NCBI RefSeq assembly: GCF_009914755.1
Contig: NC_060940.1
DNA: 64,000 nt
DNA from: the human T2T-CHM13v2.0 reference genome, Homo sapiens
Strand: one strand, 5' to 3'
Within the stretch, counting starts at the first letter, position 1, and the number at the start of each line of letters is the position of its first letter. The notes below the pieces were generated by a model. The model was not told where the DNA came from. It made no database searches and was given only the letters and a program-made list of their open reading frames with translations. The translations under genes were made by a program, and so were the position numbers. Shown piece after piece: positions 1 through 14,600 of the stretch.

Positions 1-440
1 ATAGAATCATCATCGAATGGACTCGAATGGAATCATCATCGAATGGACTCGAATGGAATCATCACCGAATGGACTCAAATGGAATCATCTTCAAATGGAA
101 CCGAATGGAATCATCATCAAATGGAATTGAATGGAATCATCAAATGGAGTTGAATGGAATCATCATCGAATGGAATAGAATGGAATCATCATCGAACGGA
201 GTTGAATGGAGTCATCATTGAACGGAATCGAATGGAATCATCATTGAATGGAATCAAAAGGAATCATCATCGAATGGAATGGAATGGAGTCATCATCTAA
301 TGGAATCGAATGGAATCATCATCAAATGGAATCGAATGGAATCATTGAATGGAATCGAAGGGAGTCATCAAATGAAATTGAATGGAATCATAGAATGGAA
401 TTGAATCGAATGGAATCGCATGGAATCAAATGGAATGGAA
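1..440 (-). repeat. HSat2/HSATII-type satellite (GGAAT on + strand; strand given relative to the CATTC consensus)
   Basis: Tandem 23/26-bp units such as catcatcgaatggaatcgaatggaat / catcatcgaatggactcgaatggaat. Confidence 0.88.
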
Positions 441-1460
441 TTGAATGGGAGCTGAGACTGTGTCACTGAGTTCCAGGCTGGGTGACAGAGTGAGATACAC
501 TCGAAAGAAAGGAATGAAATTGAATTCAGTTGAATGGAATGAAATGGAATGGAGTGGACTGGAGTGGAGTGGAGTGGAGTGAAGTGTAGTGGAGTGCAAT
601 AGAGAGGAATGGAATGGGATGGAATGAAATGAAATGAAGTGGAGTGGAGTGGGGTGGAGTGCAGTGCAGTGGAATGGAGTGGAATTTAATGAGATGGAAT
701 GGAAAGGAGTGTAGTGGACTGCAGTGGAGTGGAGAGGAGTGGAATGGAGTGGCATGGAATCGGATGTAATGGGATGTAGTGGAGTGGAGTGGAGTGGAAA
801 GGAACACAGTGGAATGGAATGGAATGGAATGGAATGGAAAGGAATGGAATTGAATGCAATGCAATGCAATGCAATGGAATAGAATGCAATGCAATGGAAA
901 GTTGACATGTAATGTGAGCTGAGATTGTGCCACTGCACTCCAGCCTGGGTGACACAGTGATATCCTGTCGAAAGAAAGGAATGGAATGCAATGGAGTGAA
1001 ATGGAATGGAATGGAATGGAGTGGAGTGGAGTGGAGTGGAATGGAATGGAATGGAATGGAATGGAATGGAATGGAATGGAATGGAATGGAATGGAATGGA
1101 ATTGAAATGAATCGAATCAAATCGAACAGAATGGAATCAAATCAAATGGAATTGCATGGAATGGAAAGGAATGGAATGGGAGCTGAGATTGTGCCACTGC
1201 ACTCCAGCCTGGGTGACAGAGTGAGAAACTCTCGAAAGAAAGTAATGGAATGGAATGGAGTGGAATGGAATGGAACGGAATGGAGTGAACCTGAGTGGAG
1301 TGGAGTGGAGTGGAGTGGAGTGGAATGGAGTGGAATGGAATCGGATGTTATGGAAAGTAGTGGAATGGAATGGAATAGAATGGACTGGAATGGACTGGAA
1401 TGGAATGGAATCGAATGGAATGGACTCGAATGGATTGGAATGGACTCGAATGGAATGAAA
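441..1460 (-). repeat. Composite (GGAAT/GGAGT)n HSat3-like block with three ~60-bp Alu 3'-end fragments
   Basis: Pure pentamer runs; gagctgagattgtgccactgcactccagcctgggtgacagagtgaga-like segments at ~449-510, ~914-977 and ~1180-1241. Confidence 0.85.
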
Positions 1461-4400
1461 TGGACACGAATGGAATCATCCTCGAATAGACTCAAATGGA
1501 AGCATCATCAAATGGACTCGAATGGAATCATCATCAAATGTACACCAAAGAAATCATCATCGAATGAACTCGAATGGAAGTGTCATCAAATGGACTCAAA
1601 TGGAATCATCATCGAATGGATTCGAATGGAATAATCATCGAATGGACTCGAATTGAATTGTGATCACATGGACTCAAATGGAATCATCATTGAATGGACT
1701 CGAATAGAATCGTGCTAGAATGGAGTCGAAAGGAATCGTCATCGAATAGAATTGAATGGAATCATCGTTGAATGGACTCGAATGGATTCATCATCGAATG
1801 GACTCCAATGGAATCGTCATCAAATGGAATCAAATGGAATCGTCTTTGTATGGAATTGAATGGAATCATCATCAAATGGAATTGAATGGAATCATCATTG
1901 AATGGAATCGAATGGAATCATTATAAAATGTAATCGATTGGAATCATCATCAAATGGAATCGAAAGGAATCATCGAATGGAATTGAATGGAATCATCATC
2001 GAATGGATTCGAATGCAATCATCATAGAATTGAATCGAATGAAATCATTGAATAGAATCGAATGGAATTATCATCGAATGGAATCAAATGGAATCATCAT
2101 CGATTGGAATCAAATGGAAGCAATGAATGGAATCAAATGGAATCATTGAATGGAAGCAAATGGAAACGAATGGAATCATCGAATGGAATGGAATGGAATC
2201 ATCATTGAATGGAATCAAAAGGAATCATCATTGATGGGAATCGAATGGAATCATCATCGAATAGAATCAAAAAGAATCATCATCGATGGGAATCGAATGG
2301 AATCATCATCAAACGGAATTGAACGGAATCATCATGGAATGGAATGGAATCATCATTGAATGGACTCGAGTGGAATCATCATCAAATGGAATCATCATCG
2401 AAAAAAATCCAATGGAATCATCATCAAAAAAAATCCAATGGAATCATCATCAAATCCAATCAAATGGAATCATCATCAAAAGGACTCAAATGGAAACATC
2501 ATTAAATGTAATCATTATCGAATGGAATCATCATCGAATGGACTCAAATGGAATCATCATCGAATGGACTCGAATAGAATCATCATCGATTGGACTCAAA
2601 AGGAATCACCATCGAATGGACTGGAATGGAATCATCACCGAATGGACTCGAATGGAGACATCATTGAATGGAATCGAATGGAATCATTGAAAGGAATCGA
2701 ATATAATCATCAAATGGAATCGAATGGAATCATTGAATGGAATCGAATGGAATCATCAACTAGAATAGAATGGAATCATCAACTAGAATCGAATGGAATC
2801 ATGGAATGGAATCGAATGGAAATATCATCGAATTGAATCAAATGAAATCATCCAATTGAATCGACCAGAAGTATCATTGAATGAAGTTGAATGGCATCAT
2901 CAAATGGAACCTAATGGAATCATTATCGAGTGGAATCAAATGGAATCATCGAATAGAATCAAAAGGAATCATCATCAAATGGACCCTAATGGAACCATCA
3001 TCGAATGGAATCAAATGGAATCATCATCGAATGGACCCTAATGGAACCATCATCGAATGGACACGAATGGAATCACCATCGAATGGAGTCGAATGGAATC
3101 GTCATCAAAAGGAATTGAAAGAAAACATCATTGAATGTAATCAAATGGAATCAACATTGAAAGGAATCGAATGTAATTATCATCAAATGGAATTGAAAGG
3201 AATCATTATCCAATTGTATTGAAAGGGATAATCATCAAATGGAATCGAATGGATTCATCATTGAATGGAACAGAATGGAATCTTTGAATGAAATCAAATG
3301 GAATCATCAAATAGAAGCAAATGGAATCCAATGGAATCATCGAATGGAAACTAACGGTATCATCATCGAATGGAATTGATTGGAACCATCATCGAAAGGA
3401 ATCGAATGGAATCATCATGGAATGGAATCGAATGGTATAACTGAATGGAATCGAATGGAATCATCATCGAATGGAATCGAATGGAATCATAGAAAGGAAT
3501 CAAATGGAAATATCATCAAATGGAATCCAAAGGAATCATCGAATGGAATCAAATGGAATCACTGAATGGAATCGAATGAAATCATCATTGAATGGAATCG
3601 AATGGAATCATCAAATGCAATCAAATGAAATCATCATCAAATGGAATCGAATGGAAACATCATCGAATGGCATCAAATGGAATTATCATCGAATGGAATT
3701 GAATGGAAATATCATCGAATTGAATCGAATGGAATCATCATCAAATGGAATCGAACGGAATCATCATATATTGGAACCGTATAAAATCATTGAGTGGAAT
3801 CGAATGGAATTATCATCGAATGGAATCAAAAGGGACCATCATCGAATGGAATCGAATGGAATCATCATCGAATGGAATTGAATGGAATCATCATCAAATT
3901 GAATTGAATGGAATCATTGAATAGAATCAAATGGAATCATCGAATGGAAGCAAATGGAATCATTGAATGAAATCATTGAATAGAATTAAATGGAATCATC
4001 ATAGAATGGAATCGAATGGTATCATCGATTGGAATCTAATGGAACCATCATCGAATGGAATTGAATGGAATCTTCTAATGGAATCGAATGGAATCATCAT
4101 CGAATGGAATCAATTGGTATCATCATCGAATGTAAATGGATGGAGTCATCATTGCATGGAATCAAATGGAATCATGAATGAATCGAATCGAATGGAATCA
4201 TCATCAAATGGAATCATCATCGAATGGAATTGAATGGAATCATCATCGAATGGAATCAAATGGAATCATCATCAAAAGGAATCGAATGGAATCATTGAAT
4301 TGAATCTAATGGAATCATCAACTGGAATTGAATGGAATCATCAAATGGAATCGAATGGAATCATCATTGAATGGAATCTAAAGGAATCATCTAATGGAAT

Positions 4401-7400
4401 TGACCAGAAGTATCATCAAATGAAATCGAATGGAATCATCGAATGGAAATGAATGGAATAATTATCGAGTGGAATCAAAATGGAATCGTGGTATGGAATT
4501 GAATGGAATCATCATCAAATGGACTCTAATGGAATCATCATCGAATGGACTCGAATCGAATCATCAAATGGACTCGAATGGAATCATCATCAAAAGGAAT
4601 TGAATGGAATCATCATTGAATGTAATTGAATGGAAACATCATTGAATGGATTCAAATGGAATTATCATCAAATGGAAAGGAAAGAAATCATTATCCAATT
4701 GAATTGAATGGGATCATCACCGAATGGAATCGAATGCATTCATCATCAAATGGAATCAAATGGAATCATTGAATGGAATCGAATGGAATCATCAAATGGA
4801 AGCAAAAGGAAACAAATGGAATCATTGAATGGAATCAAATGGAATCATCATCAAATGAAATCCAATGGAATCATCGAATGGAATCGCATGGTATCATCAT
4901 CGAATGGAATTCATTGGGACCATCATCGAAAGGAATCGAATGGAAGCATCATCGAATGGAATCGAATTGTATCATTGAATGGAATCGAATGGAATCATCA
5001 TTGAATGGAATCAAATGGAATCATCAAAAGGAATCAAATGGAATCATCATCAAATGGAATCCAAAGGAATCATCGAATGGAATTGAATGGAATCATCATT
5101 GAATGGAATCGAATGGAATCATCAAATGGAATCACATGGAATCATCGAATGGAAGCAAATGGAATCAAATAGAAACATCGAATAGAATCAAAAGGAATCA
5201 TCATCGAATGGAAACGAATGGAATCATTGAATGCAATCGAATGAAATCATCGTCGAATGTAATCGAATGGAATCATCGAATGGAATCCAATGAAATCATC
5301 ATCGAATGGAATCGAATGGAAACATCGTCAAATGAATTCGAATGGAATTATCATCGAATGAAATTGAATGGAATCATCATCGAATGGAATCGAATGGAAT
5401 CACCATCAAATGGAATGGAATTGAATCATCATCAATTGGAATCGAATGGAATCATCGAATGGAATCGAATGAAATCATCATCGAATGGAATCGAATGAAG
5501 TCATCATTGAATGGAATTGATTGGAATCATCATCAAATGGAATCGAATGGAATCATTGAATAGAATTGAATGGAATCATCAAATGGAATCAAATGGAACC
5601 ATCGAATGGAATCATCAACAGAATCGAATGGAATAATCATCCAATGGAATCGAATGGAATTATCGATTGGAATCAAATGGAATCATCGTCGAATGGAATC
5701 TAATGGAATCTTTGAATGGAATCAAATGGAATCATCATTGAATGGAATCCAATGGAATCATCAAATGGAATTGAACGGAATCATCATCGAATGTAAATGG
5801 ATGTAGTCATCATTGCATGGAAACGAATGGAATCATCATAGAATGGAATGGAATAGAATCATCGTCGAATGGAATCGAGTGGAATCAACAGTGAATGGAA
5901 TCGAATGGAATCCTCATCAAATGGAATTGAATGGAATCATGGAATGCAATCGAATGGAATTATCATTGGTTCGAATCGAATGCAATCGTCATTGGATGGA
6001 ATCGAAATAAATCATCATCGAATGGAATCGAATGAAATCATGGAATGGATTCGAATGAAATCATCATCGAGTGGAATCCAGTGGAATCATCGAATGGAAT
6101 CGAATGGAATCATCATTGAATGGAATCAAATGGAATCATCGAATGGAATCGAATGAAATCATGATCGGATGGACACAAATGGAATCATCATCAAATGGAC
6201 AAAAATGCAATCATCATCAGATGGACTCAAAGGTAATCGTCATCAGATGGACTCTAATGGAATCATCATCAGATGGACTCAAATGGAATCATCATCGAAT
6301 TGATTCAAATGGAATCATCAGCGAATGGAATCGAATGGAATCATCATCGATTGGAATCGAATGGAAGCAACGAATGGAATTGAATGGAATCATCGAATGG
6401 AATTGAATGGAAACATCATCGAATGGAATTGAAAGGAATCATCATTGAAGGGAATCAAATGGAATCCTCATTGAATGGAATTGAATGGAATCATCATCAA
6501 ATGGAATTCAGTGGAATCATCATCGAATGGAATCGAATGGAATCATCTTCGAATGGACTCGAGTGGAATCATCATCGAATGGAATCATCATTGAAAAAAA
6601 TCGAATGGAATAATCATCAAATCGATTCGAATGGAATCATCATCCAATGGAATCGAATGGTATCATTGAATGGAATCAAATGGTATTGTCATCGAATGGA
6701 ATCGAATGGAATCATTGAAAGGAATCAAATGGAATCATCATCAAATGGAATTCAAAGGAATCATTGAATGGAATTGAATGGAATCATCATCGAATGGAAT
6801 AGAATAAAATCATCATCGAATGGAATCGAATGGAATCATCATTGAATGGAATCGAACGGAATCATCGAATGGAATCGAATGAAATCATCATCGAATGGAA
6901 TCGAATGGAAACATCATCGAATGGAATCAAATGGAATTATCGTCGAATGGAATTGAATGGAATCATCATTGAATTGAATAGAATGGAATAGAATGGAATC
7001 ATCCTAGAATGGAATCCAATGGAATCATCAAATGGAATCGAATGGAATCATCATCAAATGGAATCAAATGGAATCATCATCGAATGGAATCGAAGGAATC
7101 ATCGAATGGAATCGAATGGCATCATTGGATGGACACGAATGGAATCATCATCGGATTGACTCAAATGGAATCGTCATCGGATAGACTCTAATGAAATCAT
7201 CATCGGATGGAATTGAATGGAATCATCGAATGGAATCATCATCGAAAGGACAAGAATGGGATCATCATTGAATGCACTTGAGAGGAATCATCATCAAATG
7301 GACTCGAATGGAATCATCATAGAATTGAATCCAATGGAATCACCGAATGGAATTGAATGGAATCATCATCAAATGGAATTGAATGGAATCATCATCGAAT

Positions 7401-10400
7401 GGAATCATCATTGAATGGAATCGAGTCATCATTAAATGAACTCGAACGGAATCATCGAATGGAATCAAATGGAATTATCAATGAATGGAATCAAATGGAA
7501 TCATCATTGAATGGAATCGAATGGAATCATCATCGAATGGAATCAAATGGAATCAGCATCAAATGCAATCAAATGGAATCATTGAATGTAACCTAATGGA
7601 ATCATTGAATGGAATAAAATGTAATCTAAAGTAATCTTTGAATGGAATCGAATGGAATCATCATCAAATGGATTCTAATGGAATCATCTAATGGAATCAA
7701 ATGGAATCATCATTGAATGGAAACGAAAGGAATCATCGAATGGAATCAAATGGAATCGTGGTCTAATGGAATCCAAAGGAATCGTCGAATGGAATCGAAT
7801 GGAATCATCACCAAATATAATCGAATGGACTCATTATCAAATTGAATCGAATGGAAACATCATCAAATGGATTCGAATGGAATCATCAAATGGAATCGAT
7901 TGGAATCATCGAATGGAATCGAATGGAATCATCATCGAATGGAAATGAATGGAATCAAATCAAATCATTGAATGGAATCAAATGGAATCATCATCAAATG
8001 GAGTCGAATGGAATCATCAAATGGAATCAAATGGAAACATCATCAAATGGAATCGAATGGAGTCATCAAATGGTATCAAATTGAATCATCATCGAATGGA
8101 ATCCCATGGAATCATCAAATGGAATCGAATGGAATCATCAAATGGAATCAAATGGAAACATCATCAAATGGAATCAAATGGAAACATCATCAAATGGAAT
8201 CGAATGGAGTCGAATGGAATCATCGAATGGAATCAAATGGAAACATCATCAAATGGAATCGAATGGAGTCATCGAATGGAATCAAATTGAATCATCATCG
8301 AATGGAGTCCCATGGAATCATCAACTGGAATCGAATGGAATCATCGAATGGACTCGAATGGAATCATCGAATGGAATCCAATGGGATCTTCATTGAATGG
8401 AATCAAATGGAATCATCATCAAATGGAATCGAATGGAATTATTGAATGGAATAGAATGGAATCATCATCGGATGGACACGAATGGAATTATCATCAGATT
8501 GACTTGAATGGAATTGTCATCGGATGGACTCTAATGGAATAATCATCATATGGAATCTAATGGAATCATCAAATGGAATCATCATCGAATGGACTGTTAT
8601 GGAATCATCATCAAATTGACTCAAATGGAATCACAATCGAATGGACTTGAATGGAATCATCATCGAATGGAATCCACTGGAATCATCAAATAGAATTGAA
8701 TGGGATCATCATCTAAAGCAATTGAATGGAATCATTATGGAATGGAATTCAATGGAATCACCTAATGGAAATGAATGGAATCATCATAGAATGAAATCGA
8801 ATGGAATCATCATCGAATGGAATCAAATGGAATCATCATCGAATGGAATCAAATGGAATCATCATCGAATGGAATCGAATGGAATCATCAAATGAACTCG
8901 AATGGAATCACAATCGAATGGACTCGAAAGGAATCATCATCAAATGGACTTGAATGGAATCATCATCAAATGGAATCCAATGGAATCATCAAATGGAATT
9001 GAAAGGAATCATCATCGAATGGTATGAAATGGAATCATCTTCGAATTGATTATTAATGGAATCATCAAAAGGAATCAAATGGAATCATCAAGTGGAATCG
9101 AATGGAATAATCAAACGGAATGAAATGGAGTCATAGAATGGAATCGAATGGAATCATCGAATGGAATCGAATGGAATCATCATCGAATGGACTTGAATGG
9201 AATCATCATTGGATGGACTCGAATGGAATCATCATAGGATGGACTCGAATGGAATCATCATTGGGTGGAATTGGATGGAATCTTCATGGGTTGGAATCGA
9301 ATGGCAAGATCATCAGATGGAATCAAATGGAATCATCATCGGATGGAATCTGTTGGAATCACTATCGGATGGATTTTAATTGAATCATCATCAAACGGGA
9401 TCGAATGGAATCATCATCCAATGGAATCAAATGTTGTCAGAAGGAATCTAATGGAATCATTGTCAGATGGAATCGAATGGAATAATCATCCGGTGGAATT
9501 GAATGGAATCATCATCACATGGAATCGAATGGAATCAATTTCAGATGGAATTGAATGGAATCATCATCAGATGGAATCAAATGGGATCATCATCGGATGA
9601 GATTGAATGGAATCATCATTGAATGAAATGGAAGGGAATCATCAATTAGAATCTTCTTCCAATGCACATGAATGGAATCATCATTGGATGGACTCATATG
9701 GAATCAGCATCGAATGGACTCAAATGCAATCATCATCAGATGGACTCGAAAGTAATCATCATCGGATGGAATCGAATGGAATCATCATCAAATGGAATCG
9801 AATGGAATCATCAACGGATGGAATTGAATGGAATCATCATCAGATGGAATCAAAGGGAATCATCGAATGGAATCATCATCGAATGGACTCGAATGGAATC
9901 ATCATCAGATGGACCCAAATGGAATCATCATTGGATGGACTCTAATGGAATCATCATCGGATGGACCCGAATGGAATCATCATCAGATGGACTCAAATGG
10001 AATCATCATTGGATGGACTCGAATGGAATCATCATTGGATGGACTCAAATGGAATCACCATTGGATGGACACGAATGGAATCATCATTGGATGAAGAAGA
10101 ATGGAATCATCATTGGATGGACTCAAATGGAATCATCATCGGATGGAATCGAATGGAATCAGCATCAAATGGAATCGAACGGAATAATCAAATGGAATAG
10201 AATGGAATCCTCATCAAATGGAAACGAATGCAATCATTGAATGGAATGGAAAGGAATCGTCATCAAATGAAATAGAATAGAATCATCGAATGGAATCTAA
10301 TGGAATCATCATCGAATGGAATCCAATGGAATCATCGAATGGCATTGAAGGGAATCATCATCGAGTAGAATCAATTGGAACCATCATTGAACGGAATCGA

Positions 10401-11667
10401 TTGGAATCATCATTGATTGGAATCGAATGGAATCATCGAATGAAACCGAATGGAGTCATCTAATGGAATCGATTGGAATCATCAAATGGAATTGAATGGA
10501 ATCGAATGGAATCATCAAATGGAATCAAATGGAATCACCATCGAATGGAATCGAATGGAATCATCACTGAATGGAATTGAATGGAATTGAATGGAATCAT
10601 CAAATGGAATCAAATGGAATCACCATTGAACGGAATCGAATGGAATCATCACAGAATGGAATTGAATGTAATCATGGAATGGAATCGAATGGAATCATCG
10701 AATGGAATCTAATGGAATCATCACCGAATGGGCAAGAATGGAATCATCATTGGATGGATTTGAATGAAATCATCATTGGTTGGAATCTAATGGAATCATC
10801 ATCGAATGGAATCGAATAGAATGATAAACTCATGGAATCGAATGGAATCATCACCGGAAGGAATCAGGCAGAATCATCATCCAATGGAATCAAATGGAAT
10901 AATCATCGGTTGGAATCGAAGGGAATCATCATTGAATGGAATCTAATGGAATCATCATCGAATGGAATTGAACAGAATCATCATGGAATGGAATCGAATG
11001 GAATCATCGAATGGAATCAAATGGAATCATTGAATGGAATGGAATGGAATCATCTAATTGAATAGATTGGAATCATAATCGAATGGAATAGAATGGAATC
11101 ATAATCAAATGGAATAGAATGGAATCATAATCGAATGTAATCAAATGGAATCATCGAATGGAATCGAATGGGGTCATTGAATGGAATCGAATGGAATCAT
11201 CGAATTTAATTGAATGGAATCATCATGAAATGGACTCGAATGGAATCATCGATTGATCTCAAATGAAATCATCATTGCATAGACTCGAATGCAATCATCC
11301 TCGAATGGACTAGAATGGAATCATCATTAGATGGACACGAATAGAATCATCATCGAATGGATTCAAATGGAATCATCAAATGGAATCAAATACAATCATC
11401 AAATCTAATCGAATGGAATCGAATGGAATCATCAAATGGAATCGAATGGAATCATCATCGAACGGAATCCAATGGAATATAAGAATGAAATCATATGGAA
11501 TCATCATCGATTGGAATCGATTGGAACCAACATGGAAAGGAAACTAATGGAATCATCATCGAATGGAATTGAATGTTATCATCAAATGGAAGCAAATGAG
11601 ATCGAATGGAATCATTGAATGGAAATGAAAGGAATCATAATTGGCCAGAAACGAATGGAATCAACAT
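1461..11667 (-). repeat. Diverged HSat2/HSATII array, GGAAT orientation
   Basis: Continuous (catcat)cgaatggaatcgaatggaat units with frequent CG>CA/TG decay. Confidence 0.92.
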
Positions 11668-14600
11668 CCATTTGATGATGATTCCATTCGATTCCAGCCA
11701 TTGATGATTCCATTCGATTCCATTCAAAGATTCCTTTTGATTCCATTTGATGATGATTCTATTTGATTTCATTCAATGATGATTCCATCCAAGTCCATTC
11801 ATTTCCATTCGATGATTCCATTCGATTCCATTCGATGGTGATTCTATTTGAGTCCATTCAATGATAATTCCATTCGAGTCAATTCGGTGATGATATCATT
11901 CGAGTCCATTCTATGATGATTCCATTAGAGTTGATTCGATGATGATTCCATTCGAGTCTATTTGATGATGATTCCATTCGAATTCATTCAATGATTCCAT
12001 TTGAGTCAATTCGATGATGCTTCCATTTGAGTCCATTCGATGATGATTTCAATCGATTCCATTCAACGATGATTCCATTCGAGTCCATTCGATGATGATT
12101 CCATTCAATTCCATTCGATGATTCCCTTTGATTCCATTTGATGATTCCATTCGATTCCATGCGATGATGATTCCATTCGATTCCATTTGATGATGAGTCA
12201 ATTCGATTCCATTCAATGATGATTTCATTCGATTCCATTTGATGATGATTCCATTTGATTCCGTTCAGTGATGATTCCAATTGATACCATTCGATGATGA
12301 TTGCATTCGAATCCCTTCGATGATGATGCCATTCGAGGCAATTTGATGATGAGTCGATTCAATTCCTTTCGATGATGATTTCATTTGATTCCATTCGATG
12401 ATGATTCCATTCGATTCCATTCGATGATGATTCCAATTGATACCATTTGATGATGATTGCATTCGATTCCATTCAATGATGATGCCATTCGAGTCAATTT
12501 GAAGATGATTCCACATGAGTGCATTCGACAATGATTCCATTCGATTCCCTTTGATGATTCCTTTTGATTCCATTGGATGACTCCTTTTGATTCCATTCGA
12601 TGATGATTTCTTTGGACTCCATTCGATGATTCCATTCAATTCCATTTCATGATTCTTCCATTCGATTCCATTCAATGATGATTCCATTCAATTCCATTTG
12701 ATGATTATTCTATTCGTTTCCATTCGATGATGATTCCATTTGATTCCACTCGATGATGATTCCATTTGATTCCATTAGATGATGATACCATTTGATTCCA
12801 TTCAATGATGATTCCATTCAAGTCCATTCGATGATGATTCCATTTGAGTCCATTCCATACCATTCGAGTCCATTCCTTTCCATTTGAGTCCATTCCATTC
12901 AATTCGAGTCCATTCCATTTCATTCCATTCCGTTCCATTCCATTCCACTCAACTCCATTCCACTCCACTCCACTCCACTCCACTCCATTCCATTCCATTC
13001 CATTCCATTCCACTCCACTCCATTCCACTCCACTCCACTCCACTCCTTTCCATTCCAATCCACTCCACTGCATTCCATTCCATTCCACTCCACTGCATTC
13101 CATTCCATTCCATTCCTTTCCACTCAATTCCATTCCATTCCGTTCCACTCAGTTCCATTCCATTCCATTCCACTCCATACCACTCCATTACACTCCTCTC
13201 CACTCCACTCCACTCCATTCCATTAAATTCCATTCCATTCCACTGCATTCCATTGTATTACCTTCTTTCAAGAATATCTAACTCTGTCACCCAGCCTGGA
13301 GTGCAGTGACACAATCTCAGCTCCCATTCCATTCCATTCCATTTGTTTCGATTCCATTCTATTTGATTCCATTCCATTCCATTCCATTCCATTCCTTCTA
13401 TTCCATTAAATGATTCCGTTTGATTCCATTCGATGATTCCATTCAACTCCTTTTGATGATTCCATTCGATTCCTTTCGATGATGATTCCATTTGATTCCA
13501 TACAATGAATCCATTCGAATCCATTCGGTGATGATTCCTTTCAATTCCATTTGATGATTCCATTTGATTCCATTCTGTGATGATTCCATTCAATTCCATT
13601 TTTTGATTCCATTCGATTCCATTAGATGATGATACCATTCAATTCCATTCAATGATTCCATTCGATTCCATTCTATGATGATTCCATTCGAGTCCATTTG
13701 ATGATTATTCCATGCGAGTCCATTCCATTCCATTTGAGTCCATTCCTTTCCATTAGAGTCCATTCCAATTCTTTCGAGTCCATTCCATTCCTTGCCATTC
13801 CATTCCACTCCACTCCACTCCACTCCATTCCACTCCACTCCACTCAATTCCATTCCAATCCACTCCACTGCATTCCATTCCATTCCACTCCATTCTATTC
13901 CATTCCATTCCACTCCATACCACTTCACTTCACTCCACTCCTCTCCACTGCATTCCATTTCATTCCATTCCATTCCACTGCATTCCATTCTATACCGTTC
14001 TTTTGACAGTATCTCACTCTGTCACACAGCCTGGAGTATAGTGGAACAATCTCAATTCCCATTCCATTCCATTCCTTTTGATTCCATTTGATTCCACTTG
14101 ATGATTCCATTAGATTCCATTCGATGATGATTCCATTAGATTCCATTGGAGGATGATTTCATTCGATTCCTTTTGATGATGATTCCACTCGAGTCCATTC
14201 GATGATGATTCCTTTCGAGTCCATTCAATGATGATTCCATTCGATTCCATTCAATGTTGATTCCATTCAATTCCATTTGATGATTCCATTTGACTCCATT
14301 TGATGATGATTCCATTTGATTCCATTCGACGATGTTTCCATTCAATTCCATTCCATGAAGATTTCATTCGATTAGATTTGATGATTCCATTCGATTCCAG
14401 TCGATGTTTCCTCCATTCGATTCCATTCAATGATTCCATTTGATTCCATTTGATGACGATTCCAATTGATTCCATTCGATGATTCCATTTGATTCCATTC
14501 GATGATTCCATTCAACTCCATTTGATGATGATTCCATTGAATTCCATTCGATGATTCCAACTGATTCCATTCGATGATGATTCCATTTGATTCCATTCGA

